Source: the human T2T-CHM13v2.0 reference genome, Homo sapiens
Length of the DNA: 64,000 nucleotides
Reading direction: 5' to 3' (one strand)
Assembly (NCBI RefSeq): GCF_009914755.1
Contig: NC_060929.1
Each line of letters starts with the position of its first letter. The first letter of the stretch is position 1. Positions 45,674 through 59,640 of this stretch are shown piece by piece. The position numbers and the translations under genes were made by a program. A model generated the notes under the pieces. That model searched no databases, was not told where the DNA came from, and saw only the letters and a program-made list of their open reading frames with translations.

Positions 45674-46289
45674 CTAGGTATCCTAGCACATATAAATGAA
45701 AACATGTATACATATAATTATTGTATTCATCACAGCAATAGCCTAACAGCGGCAAACAACTTGATGTCCATTAAGAAAGGACTAGACAAGTAAATTATGG
45801 CACCTCTATTCAATGGAATACTTGCCGTCACTAAAAAGAAGGAGGTAGCTCTATGTGCACTGATAAGGGTTGGTATTCAAAATACATCAAATTTTTTTAA
45901 AAAGCAAGTACAGAACACGGTACAGTAAGCCTCCATTTTTATTGAAAATTTATATGTGCATATGTACATATTTGCTTATCTAAGCATAGCATGTATCTGA
46001 AGGACAAAGAGATTGGGGAGGGGAAGTGGATGGCTGTGGGACAGGAGGGTGAAGGCTTTTTTTTTTTCTACTATGCCCTTTTGTGCCTTTTGAATTTTAT
46101 ACCACGTGCTTTACCAATGAATGACAAATAAATATAATTTAATGTTTTAAATGCATATGTTCTCGCAGTAGTGTTTTTAGATTACAAAGTATAGATATAA
46201 AAATTAATTGGAGCTCTGGACAGCAGACTATCTATTTCCAAAGTCCTCTCCCATGCCCAGAAGCCATGTGGAATCCGTCAAAGAACATC

Positions 46290-46440
46290 ATAGTGGGAAT
46301 CGGGAGACCTGGCTCCAAGCCCAGGCTGTTACCCACTCTCTGCGCTGCCTGGGGCCAGCCACCTCATCTCTCTGAACATCTCCTTCCTCCTCTGTAAAAT
46401 GGAGGCAGTAGTACTTGAGAGCTGTGTTATATGAAATAAT
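46290..46440 (+). mobile_element. MIR SINE
   Basis: ctctctgaacatctccttcctcctctgtaaaatgg. Confidence 0.7.
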
Positions 46441-47053
46441 ATTACTGTTATTGGGGAAATCTCAATGCCTCTGGACCTGTTTCTTGATCTGCAAAATCAG
46501 AAAGTTGGACAAAATGAGCCTTTTGACTCCCGTGTCAATAAAGAAAATTGTTATTTGTAAGAACTCAGGCAAAATCAAACTTGGTAAGCAAGTAAGGACT
46601 CTTTTTGCTTATCTCAAGAAAGTAATCTCCAAGACCAAAAAGAAAATAGGAGACATGTTTGGACTCAGACATCAAGTCCAACCTGGAGGTGGAGAAAAGC
46701 TGCCTTCCTCCAAGGACACCACTTCTTGTTTCCTCAACCCAGCTGACTCAGTGATTGTCAACCAGTCAACATTTTTTGAGCTACCACTGGGTACAGAACA
46801 CACTCTGTAGGAAAAAGTTTAGGAAATGTCACTCATAAAGAGGGATACACTAATAGAGTCAAATAATAGACTTATGAAGGCCAGTGGGACAAATGAATGA
46901 AAAGAATGGGTGAGAGGGGCCATTCAGGGAGGGTCCTCTGCCCTGACCTGACTTCTGGTCTCTGCTAAGAGCCATCATTTGTGTTGTTTCAGGGACTCCA
47001 GGGAGATGACAGGACAGTAACAAGGAAAAGCAGTGTTGCACTATTCTCTTCTC

Positions 47054-47063
47054 TTTTTTTTTC

Positions 47064-47103
<40 letters not shown>

Positions 47104-47331
47104 GACACAGGGTTCCGCTCTGTTGCCCAGGCTGGAGTGTGGTGTCAAGATCACAGCTCACTGCAGGCTCAACCTCCCCTGGCTCAGGTGATCTTCCCAC
47201 CTCAGCCTCCTAAGTGCCACCCTGCCTGGCTAATTTTGTATTTTTTGTAGAGGTGGAGTTTCACCACTTTGCCCAGGCTGGTCTTGAACTCCTGGGCTCA
47301 AGGGATCCACCTGCCTCAGCCTCCCAAAGTG
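47054..47331 (-). mobile_element. AluJ, partly deleted
   Basis: polyT, J-type body, stops at cctcccaaagtg. Confidence 0.9.
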
Positions 47332-47863
47332 TCCTCTTATTTCTGAGAATTAACAACGGGAACTGGTTATTGTTAAACAAAAGTTTTGGGTGAGTTAAAC
47401 TGACAGGAAATAGCATACATGTTGAATTATAAGGTGGCAAATGTGAAATCCATTTTCAGACAAAGCCGATTCGATGAGAATGTGCTGATATGACAAGGGG
47501 CAGAGCTCTCAGCAACATGTCAACTGGTGGAAAACTCTTTCCTTTCCTTCCTCACTTCTGTGGGCTTGGGTGTAACTCTCCAGACCCTTTGAAAGTAATG
47601 TTGCAAAGACTCTGTGTTCCTGGCTCTAAAGAACTTTTTACACCCAAATAAACCGGTTTTGCTCCCTCAATCTTAAAATGAAGGCAGCCAGTCAAATCTA
47701 AGAGAATTTCACAAATCATAGACGCTCCCTGGCAATACAGAGAGCATGGCAAGGGTATAGTCCCAAAAATGATGGGATGGGGCAAGGGCGGGGAATGCGG
47801 TACCCTAAGTAAGCAGAAAAAGAGGGTGGGATTTCAAGTGCGAATTTAAAAATACACTTTCTC

Positions 47864-48127
47864 GGCCAGGCGCGGTGGCTTACGCCTGTAATCCCAGCAC
47901 TTTGGGAGGCCGAGGCGGGCGGATCACGAGGTCAGGAGATCAAGACCATCCTGGATAACACGGTGAAACCCCGTCTCTACTAAAAATACAAAAGAATAGC
48001 CAGGCGTGGTGGCGGGCACCTGTAGTCCCAGCTACTCGGGAGGCTGAGGCAGGAGAATGGCGTGAACCCGGAAGGCGGAGTTTGCAGTGAGCCGACCAGC
48101 CTGGGCAACTGGGCGAGACTCCGTCTC

Positions 48128-48153
<26 letters not shown>
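47864..48153 (+). mobile_element. AluY with a short right-arm deletion
   Basis: gagaatggcgtgaacccgg diagnostic; TSD aaaaatacactttctc. Confidence 0.95.
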
Positions 48154-48158
<5 letters not shown>

Positions 48159-48272
48159 CTTTCTCTTTGAGAGGTGGGAGATAAATGTTTATTTAGGGTT
48201 TGGTAACAATTTTGGTGGAGTATGGGAACAAGAAGAAATAGGATGAAAAAGGGAAGAGAAAAAGGAAAATGA

Positions 48273-48580
<308 letters not shown>

Positions 48581-48804
48581 TCAGTACGAGAAAAATTTGC
48601 TATGTGCCCACTCTTTGGGCTGCTTCATGAGGAGGAATCTCCTGAAGGGGGACTTTGTGCTAGAGGAGAACAGGCAAGCCGTGATGGGGCTGGGGCCTGA
48701 GAGAGAGCATTTGAAGGACCAGCACCCGAGAGTGTGAGAAGGGGACCCACGTGGGATGGCCTTTTTGTTCCCTCACAGTCTCAGTCCCCTCAGACTCCCT
48801 AGGG

Positions 48805-49332
48805 CAGCAGTCCCCAACCCTTTTGGCACCGGGGACTGGTTTCATGGAAGACAATTTTTCCACAGATGGGGGGCAGGGGGTGGTTTCAGGATGATTCAAG
48901 AACATTACATTTATTGTGCACTTTATTTCTATTATTATTACATTGTAATATATAATGAAATAATTATACAACTCACCATAATGTAGAATCAGTGGGAGCC
49001 CTGAGCTTGTTTTCCTGCAACGAGATGGTCCCATCTGGGTGTGATGGGAGACAGTGACAGATCATCAGGCATTCTCATAAGGAGCACACAACCTAGATGT
49101 CTCGCATGCATGTTTCACAATAGGGCTCGCGCTCCTATGAGAATCTAATGCCACCACTGATCTGACAGGAGGTGGAGCTCAGGAGGTAATGTGTGCAATG
49201 GCGAGCGGCTATAGGTACATACAGATGAAGCTTTGCCTGCTCGCCAGACACTCACAACCTGCTGTCCAGCCAGTTCCTAAATTAGCTTATTTCCACCATA
49301 CCAATCCATGGCCCAGGGACTGGAGACCCGTG
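48805..49332 (-). mobile_element. MER1A hAT-Charlie, full length (~528 bp)
   Basis: Termini cagcagtccccaacc / ggagacccgtg; imperfect 8 bp TSD ccctaggg / ccctatga; opposite orientation to the copy at 6771. Confidence 0.92.
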
Positions 49333-49372
49333 CCCTATGAGGAACTGTTACTATGAATTAGGCTTAGTCTTT

Positions 49373-49683
49373 TGTTTTGTTTTGTTTTGTTTTTTTTGAG
49401 ACAGAGTTTCAGTCTGTCACCCAGGCTGGAGTGCAGTGGCGCAATCTTGGCTCTCTGCAAGCTCTGCCTCCCCTCCCAGGTTCACACCATTCTCCTGCCT
49501 CAGCCTCCAGAGTAGCTGGGACTACAGGCGCCTGCCACCAAGCCCGGCTGATTTTTTGCATTTTTAGTAGAGACAGGGTTTCACTGTGTTAGCCAGGATG
49601 GTCTCGATCTCCTGACCTCGTGATCCACCTGCCTTGGCCTCCCAAAGTGCTGGGATTACAGTCATGAGCCACCGCACTTGGCC
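49373..49683 (-). mobile_element. AluY
   Basis: caagctc...ggttcacaccattc and ttagccaggatggtctcgatc; TSD taggcttagtcttt. Confidence 0.93.
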
Positions 49684-49699
49684 TAGGCTTAGTCTTTCA

Positions 49700-50580
49700 G
49701 CCTGTATTTTGCTGCATATATACCTATCTGCAAACAAAAGATACTTTTCTTTGTGTGTTAATTTCTACCCAACTTGGAAAAAATAGTAGCATCTAGTATA
49801 CATCTTTCTGCAACTTGCTTTTTAAAAAAAAAAAAAACCTCATTGCCTCCTAATATATATTGATTGAGTTCATTCATTTCAACCACTTTGCATCATTTCA
49901 TCATATAAACATACCTTGATTATTTATACATTCCCCTTTTGATGGGCATTAGCTTATTTCCAATTTTCATATTTTGCAAGCAGTGCCATAATATACAGCC
50001 TTTTCCATGTCTCCTAGTGCATATGTGCAAAAAGTTCTAGACCAATGAGTACCTAGAATTGGAATTGTTGGATCCTGTGGCATGCTTACTTTCAACTTTA
50101 CAAGATATTGCCAAATTATTTTCCAAAGTGGTTGCACCATCTAGGCACAGTGGTTCACACCTGTAATCCCAGTGCTTTGGGAGGACAAGGTGGGATGATC
50201 ACTTGAGGCTGGGAGTTTGAGACTTGCCTGGGATACATAGCAAGATCCCATCTCAATTTTAAAAATAATAAAAATATAAAATATATATAAATAAACAAAG
50301 TGGATGTATTAATTTACACTTGTACCCACTCCCCAAAGACTATTCTATGACTTTTTTTACTTTTGCCCTTATAATGCATATGAAGTGCTATCTTGTTTTA
50401 GTTTGCATTTTCCAGATTACTAATGAGGTTGTGCATCTTTTCATATACATTTTCCATCTGTGACTTGTCTATTTATACCCTTTGCCCATTTTTCTGCTTT
50501 ATTTTTTGTCTGTTCCATATTGATTTGTAGGAGTTCCTTATATATTCTAGAAATTATTCCTGTGTTTCATATACCTGTTT
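49700..50580 (-). mobile_element. Old L1 fragment with an inserted FLAM (50142-50295, +)
   Basis: gatattgccaaattattttccaaagtggttgcacc...tttgcattttccagattactaatgaggttg; FLAM TSD caaagtgg. Confidence 0.8.
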
Positions 50581-50843
50581 TTTGTCCAACAGTTTGGAAA
50601 CCAAAATATCACTAATCATTTCTGGAATATAGCATTCAGTTACATAGGCATTAATATCAGAAAAAATACCACTTGGTTTTCTAACCTAAAAAAATTTATA
50701 AAATAGTTTCTATCTTTGACTCTGATACACCAAAAATTTTACAAAGGGTCAGTTACTGGACCATCCGAGAATAGTTTATCACGTGGTCCAAAAAAAACTT
50801 GATACAATAGAAGAACTTTCTCTCACACTTGTTTTAAACTTCC

Positions 50844-51299
50844 TGTATCAGTCCAGTTCTCTCCACCTCAAGGAACAAAAACAGATGGCACACACGAATT
50901 AGGAAAATTGGAGGAGGTTTTATTTACAGAGGGACTAATTACAAAGGGGTGAGTGGGGATAGCAGAGCCATAAGAGATAGTGGCAGTGGAACTGTATAGG
51001 AATAGGGTAAAAGAGAGCTTGCCAGAACCCAAAAAGAGAATGGCATAGAGCAGGCCACCTAGACAAGAGCAGTGACATTCTGTTGAGAGACTCAGCAACT
51101 TGTGTCAACCTCGCAGGAAGGAACCAAGGAAATATATGCCCTGACCCCATGCTCCTTTCTCTCTCCCTCCCATCTCCTGCGGAAAGCCAGAAGGCATAGG
51201 TGCCTTTGCTGTGATCCACACAGGACAGCCTCCCAGAACAGAAAATTATGGATAAAGGTGGAAAATGAATCTAAAAGGTCAAATTGAAGAAATCCAGCA
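50844..51299 (-). mobile_element. LTR40-like (ERVL) LTR
   Basis: tgtatcagtcc...aacagatggcacacacgaattagg...gaagaaatccagca. Confidence 0.75.
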
Positions 51300-51323
51300 A
51301 GCTTGCCTAGCCAAATAACTTCA

Positions 51324-51665
<342 letters not shown>

Positions 51666-52059
51666 TTTTTTAAAAAGAGCACTTTCTGGAATTATACAAG
51701 AGTAGTGAAAGATGGATAATAGAGGCAGATACCACTTTATCTCCTATTTTCTATCTTTCATTTCTGCCAAGGAGAAAGATTACTGGCCAGAAAATAATAC
51801 AACAAGGATTAAGATAAAAGATCTAAAAATCCAAACTGGTGGAAAAATCATAAGAAAGCATCTGGGTTCTCTACATCGGTGCAAACCTCCTGGCCCCAAC
51901 AAACTACATCCTAGCCTATACCTAGAAGAGATTGGTGACAAAATGAGCTGCTGTTCGTTATCACAAAAGAATTCTAGAAACTGGGGCAGGAATCAATAGT
52001 GCAATTCTCAGGCAGGTTGTCTAACACCACCTTGAACATGGAGAGAAGAAAGGGGAGCA

Positions 52060-53380
<1,321 letters not shown>

Positions 53381-53458
53381 ATTTATAGTTACTTACAAAA
53401 TTGTGTAGACAGGACTTCAATAGGTTTTAGGTACTTCCGGATGTATTTTTATCAGCGT

Positions 53459-53474
53459 CCAATAGGTGGCGCTG
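53459..53474 (+). promoter_or_regulatory. CTCF motif in a CpG-retaining patch
   Basis: CCAATAGGTGGCGCTG: 13/14 match to CCASYAGRKGGCRS with the CpG intact. Confidence 0.6.
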
Positions 53475-54391
53475 TGGTATAAGATGAGACTCAGCAAATG
53501 GCTGCCCTTACTTGATTCTCCTGTGCCCTACCGAGTGTCTAATAACAAGTAACAGCTAGAATGTTTGATTTTTTTTAATCGGAAATCTAAACCCAGAGAT
53601 TCAGAACACCTAGGTTTCATAGTTCTTGTGGCGCATGAGCCTTTGTGTGATTTAGTTTGTCATCCTTCTCTGTCCTTCCGTCTTATTCCTATCCAAGTTG
53701 TGGCACTTCAATGTATTTGTCGTTCTCGGACAGCAAAGTAAGTCAAACGCGAAACAACTCCCCCTTCACATCCCGGATGCCCTGCCTCCATTGCGTGTAC
53801 CCTTTATCTCAGGGCTCTGAGTGTGTGGGGCTCTACAAGCGTTATCTCCCTTGATTTAAAAAATAATAATAAATAAAAACAAGACAAAACAAAGAACTTA
53901 CTGTTCCAGCACAAGTTTACATCAGTATCGATCAGGAATACGATTGTCTCCGGCTGTCCTCCCTTTTCTGCTGATTAGGAGATTCATGCTTCGCTTCTTT
54001 GTTTTTGTTGTTTTTGTTTTCGTTTTGATTTATTAAATGAATTCCTTCATATCATAGCCAAGTCCAATACACTTTGCTTCCTAAAAGCTAATTACTTAAT
54101 ATCTAGCTCTTATTGACAAATTTTGCCACTCATCAAAGTTGTAAAACTTGGTTTCTTCATTTCCCTTTATCTGCTTCAGATTTACAAGGTCCCTGGGGAA
54201 TTTCTGCTTCTCATCAAGGAATGTCTCCATCAACTCCATATATTCAGGTAACTCTGCTCCCACATTGAAGACTCAAATCCAGGAAAATTTCCTAACATGA
54301 GGCATCTGTAAAGCTGTCCAATTCACCCTCTTGGCATAACCTGTCCCGCAGGGTTTTTCAACTTAATGATTTTTTTTTTCATTTTGGCTAA

Positions 54392-54732
<341 letters not shown>

Positions 54733-55555
54733 AAGGCTGCCTTTTTTAAATACTTGAGTCTAGTCTAACTGACAAGAAATGTTAGTGAGTTGAGCTGGGG
54801 GGGAAAAGGCCCATACTCACAATGCAAAACAGTAACAAACCCCAAACAACAACAGCAACAACAACAAAAAACCAGCATTCTTTCCATGACCAGATTTTCA
54901 ATAGTAATTTCATCTTTGCACCTTGTGTAAGTACACATCCTAGCAGCCTTGCTCAGTTACATATCTGATTGACTCCTGTTGTTTTACTTGGTTTTCTAAA
55001 ATGTCCTCTGTACTAATCTGATCTGAACTCATATTTTCCATCAGTTCTATACCAACTTTCTAGACTTGATCTTTCTGTTGTTCTCTGGAAAGAACAGAAG
55101 TATTTAGAGCAGTTAATAAGCACTTGTGGAAACCTCTCTGAGTTGTTTGTCTCACAGAAGGAAGAGTTACACCTGGCTAATTAGTCCTCCAACTACATCG
55201 TTTCTGTAGTTTCAAAACGTTCTCACATTTCCAACATCAGTGGTGTAAGTGAACACCCACCCACCCCAAATCACAAAATAAAAAACTTTCAAAGGAATGT
55301 TATGCATTTGTCATACAGATTCTCATATGTTTATTTTAAATTTATTATGTTCATAACATATTTAGTCTGTTAAGTAGCTTATAATGTTGGGTTGGAAGTA
55401 GTGTTCTTAGTGGTCCTTGTAATCTGCTATCAGGCAAATTGCAGAGCCTATTGAAAAGGAAAGATTTTCAACTTTGTGGGTTCGAATTCTACATACAAGC
55501 CCCTACTCAAGCCGCATTCATTTATGTTGTGATGAAGCTGTGTACTGGGAGACCC

Positions 55556-56234
55556 TGGAACGGCCCAATGGGTTCACCTTTCCCGCTGCCTAGACAGAGC
55601 GAATTTATCAAGACAGGGGAATTGCAGTAGAGAAAGAGTAATTCACACAGAGCTGGCTGTGCAGGACACCAGAGTTTTATTATTACTCAAATCAGTCGCC
55701 CTGAGCATTCAGGTATCAGAGTTTTTAAGGACAACTTAGTGAGTTGCGGGAAGCCAGTGAGCCAGGAGTGCTGATTGGTTAGGTAGGAGATGAAATCATA
55801 GGGAACTGAAGCTGTCCTCTTGCGCTGAGTCAGTTCCTGGGTGGGGGCCACAAGATCAGATGAGCCAGTTTATCGATCTCGGTGGTTCCAGCTGATCCAT
55901 CAAGTGCGGGTCTGCAAAATGTCTCAAGCACTGATCTTAGGATCAGTTGAGGGAGGATCAGAATCTTGTAGCCTCCAGCTGCATGACTCCAAAACCATAA
56001 TTTCTAATCTTGTGGCTAATTTCTTAGTCCTACAGAGGCAGTCTAGTCCCCACACAAGAAAGAGTTTTGTTTTGGGAAAGGGCTATTATTGTCTTTGTTT
56101 TAAACTATAAGTTCCTCCCAAAGTTAGTTCGGCCTATGCCCAGGAGGGAGAAAGGACAGCTTAAAGGTTAGAACCAAGATAGAGCCAGTTAGATCTCTTT
56201 CACTGTCTGTCATAATTTTGCAAAGGCAGTTTCA
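55556..56234 (-). mobile_element. LTR8 (ERV1) solo LTR
   Basis: Minus strand begins tgaaactgcctttgcaaaattatgac (LTR8 5' end) and ends ggtgaacccattgggccgttcca; 4 bp TSD accc at 55552-55555 and 56235-56238. Confidence 0.9.
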
Positions 56235-56364
56235 ACCCTAAGGATGAGGCACACCAGTGTCTCTGTAACTCAAGCATCTTAAACATAGATGTGGTTTGCC
56301 TCCCACCAGGACAAAGGAGAAGCTTTCTAAAGCTGATGAAAGAGCTGCTCAAGAGAGCATACAA

Positions 56365-56675
56365 GCGCAGTGGCTCATGCCTGTAATCCCAGCACTTTGG
56401 GAGGCCGAGGTGAGCAGATCACTTGAGGTCAGGAGTTTGAGACCAGCCTGGCCAACATGGTAAAACCCCGTCTCTACTAAAAATACAAAATTAGTCAGGC
56501 CTAGTGGCACATGCCTGCAATCCCAGGGAGGCCTAAGGCAGGAGAATCACTTGAACCCAGGAGACAGAGGTTGCTTGACCCGGGAGACAGAGGTTTCGGT
56601 GAGCCAAGATCATGCCACACTGCACTCCAGCCTGGGCAACAAGAGTGAAACTCTATCTCAAAAAAAAAAAAAAAA
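56365..56675 (+). mobile_element. AluS with an internal duplication
   Basis: ggagacagaggtt repeated; TSD gcatacaag. Confidence 0.92.
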
Positions 56676-56779
56676 TGCATACAAGTTTTTGGTTTCTAAA
56701 GCAAAATAATAATAATCAACTTGAGCCTATACTTGCTTCAAGAAAATTTTCAGTCAGATTTAAAACAAATAACAATCAC

Positions 56780-56806
<27 letters not shown>
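56780..56806 (+). repeat. poly(A) run
   Basis: ~27 consecutive A. Confidence 0.95.
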
Positions 56807-56811
<5 letters not shown>

Positions 56812-56842
56812 CTAGGCTTCTATGAGATTATACCACCTAAAG

Positions 56843-56922
56843 TATGCCCTAGCTCAGGCTGCCATAGCAAAATATCATAGGCTGAAGAGAAACAATGGAA
56901 ATCTATTCTCTCGCAGTTCTGG
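56843..56922 (-). mobile_element. Truncated MLT1A/MST-type LTR end
   Basis: caggctgccatagcaaaatatcataggctg...aaatctattctctcgcagttctgga. Confidence 0.65.
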
Positions 56923-57148
56923 ACGCCGTTCCCAGAACTGGAAGGTGCAATGCTGCCGTAGCAACAAATAAACCCAGGTCACCATGCTGACTCTTCAGCT
57001 GCTGTGTTCATTGACCCACCATCATGGTGACTCAGCAACTTTCTTTCTCTGCTCCTCCAGCTCCACTGCTACCAACCTCTTTAATATCAACTTTGAGTAT
57101 CTTTTCTCTACCTCACAACTAACATAACTTCTGCTAGTCCGTGGCTTT

Positions 57149-58123
57149 TACAGCCTCTTGCATTTGTGTACTGCATCTCTGGAGAGCCCAGATCTGCTTC
57201 CGTTATCAATTGTCTGCCTCTTGTCCTTTATTGATCACCAGTACAAATTCTTGAGAGAGAAAACCTGATTGAGTTAGCAAGTAACTATAGGCTTCCTCAC
57301 AGGCCTCCAGCCCAGTGGGTCTCAAATGTGAGCATGGAATCACCTGGAAGGCTTCTTAAAACACAGATTGCCAACGGGAGTGGTGGCTCACGCCTGTAAT
57401 TCCAGCACTTTGGGAGGCCAAGGCAGGCAGATCACTTGAGGTCTCGAGACCAGCCTGACCAAGATGGTGAAATCCCATCTTTACTAAAAATACAAAAATT
57501 AGCCAGGCATGGTGGTGCGCACCTATAATCCCAGCTACTCAGGAGGCTGATCAGGAGAATCGCTTGAACCTGGGAGGCACAGGTTGCAGTGGGCCGAGAT
57601 TGCACCATGGCAGCACTCCAGCCTGGATGACAGAGTGATTCTCTGTCTCAAAAAAAAAAGAAAGAAAGAAAGAAAAAACACACAGATTGCTATGCACTAC
57701 CCTCAGAAGTTCTAATTCGGCAGATCTCCAGCAGAGTCCGATCACCCATATTGCTATACATTTCCAGGTGATGCTGATGTTTCTGATCTTGAGACCACAC
57801 TTTGAAAACCACTGCTCTAGCCTGTAGGTGAACGGTCCTTGGGTAAGATGTCCATCAGCTGTAGGCCGGGGAATATGTGATGTGGTTGTGGATGTGGCCA
57901 CCTATGGATAAGGATAATAAGACTTCCAGGGGATTCTATGCTCACATTTGAGAACCACTGGGCTGGAGGCCTGTGAGGAAGCCTATAGTTACTTGCTAAC
58001 TCAATCAGGTTTTCTCTGTCAAGAATTTGCACTGGTGATCAATAAAAGACAAGAGGCAGGAATTGGTAATGGAAGCAGAGCTGGGCTCTCCAGAGATACA
58101 GTCAACAAATGCAAGAGGCTGTA
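57149..58123. repeat. Inverted duplication, arms 57149-57350 and 57923-58123
   Basis: Manual reverse-complement alignment gives ~14 differences in ~202 bp; 63 bp identical core (57256-57318). Confidence 0.95.
57313..57814. mobile_element. MER5A hAT MITE interrupted by an AluS (57372-57679, +)
   Basis: Termini cagtgggtctcaaa / tttgaaaaccactg; TSD ctccagcc / ctctagcc; Alu TSD acacagattgc. Confidence 0.88.
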
Positions 58124-59093
58124 GAAGTGTCCATTTCCCTCAACAAAAGGCTCTGGACATAAACATTTTAATATGGCCTGTGGACAGGCAAGCTGTTGTC
58201 TGAGATTTTCCCTGTTCTGTCTTTTACTATGAGACGTCCACCAGGCTTTCACTGAGTGCCTACTACATGCCAAGCTTTCATTGTGCTAAGCATTGGAGAT
58301 ATAAAACTCAGCCATTTTAACTTGTAATCACGGAGGACTTAGCTAGATAAATTTTAATGACTTGTAAAAATTAAGATAAATGTTTTGGTTCCCTTTTAAA
58401 TAGAAAGACATATCAAAAGATAACTACAGAAATTCTCAAAAGTTTCCACTCAAATCGTGTTGTGATAAAAACAGAAGTGTGAGGGGTGCATAAGTAAGAA
58501 AAGCACATTCAAAAAAATAATTCAGTTAAAAGAATTAGTTATGAACTACTCAGAATGTTTAACACAGAGCAAACCAACATATATTATGTTGAAAATAAAC
58601 TAGCCTCGGTGCTCTCAAAATCCAGATTCATGCAAAGAAGTAAAGCCAGCATTTCTGAAAAGGAAGAGTTATTCAGCAGATCTGCTAGAGGCAGGAAATA
58701 AGCAAAATGTATACTGAATTTTTAGTAAAGGCTAAAAACCTGCTTCCATCCCTAAGTCATTCAGGTTCCATTGCCCACCCTTCCCATCTCTGAATTTTGG
58801 CATTTGCCCTGCCTAAATTCAGGGTGGATTGTGTTGTATTATATCGACCTCTAGTGGTTTCAAAAATTTCTTGTCTCCCTTCTCTACAGTCAGTGCCTAT
58901 CACAGGGCCACACAGACACTTGATGTGAATGAATGTTAAATGGACTGATGGATGACATAGGTCCTACATCCTACTTGATGACTGAGACTGGGTGACACAA
59001 CCTATGTCAGCTTCACTAGGAGAATGAGCATACAAGTATTTTAGGCTCAAGCTACTTATGCCATCATTGATTGTCCTTAAAAATAGACAACGA

Positions 59094-59392
<299 letters not shown>

Positions 59393-59494
59393 TTCTGTGA
59401 GCTAATTTTTGTTGTTGTTGTTGTTGTTGTTGCCAGCTTGGTTTATTATGCTTTTTGGTTTGAGGTGTTTTTTGTGTGTGGATTTTTTTTTTCA

Positions 59495-59640
59495 CTTTAT
59501 GTATTTGTTCAACAAGTGTTTATTGCTTCCACTATGTGCAAGGGACCCTGATGGTGAGTTTGGGGAGCAATTGAGGTGCAAATGGGATATATCCTTGCCC
59601 TCAAAGTGCTTACAGCATAGGAAGAAACCAGAGTAAACAC
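59495..59640 (-). mobile_element. L2 3' end
   Basis: ttgttcaacaagtgtttattgcttccactatgtgcaagg...tccttgccctcaa. Confidence 0.7.

Larger units (their letters stand above)
44540..46150 (+). mobile_element. Old L1 3' region with nested L1MA, Alu and MER58A
   Basis: aaatcagagaaatgcaa...gattggcaaagatg; gacccagcaattctact; caatggaatact. Confidence 0.75.

Noticed and set aside
46415-46810. 131 aa Lys-rich ORF
   Set aside because: Non-ATG start, begins in MIR sequence, no domain similarity that I can recognise
56780-56806. Orphan poly(A) as a retrocopy tail
   Set aside because: No identifiable body or TSD; reported only as a mononucleotide run
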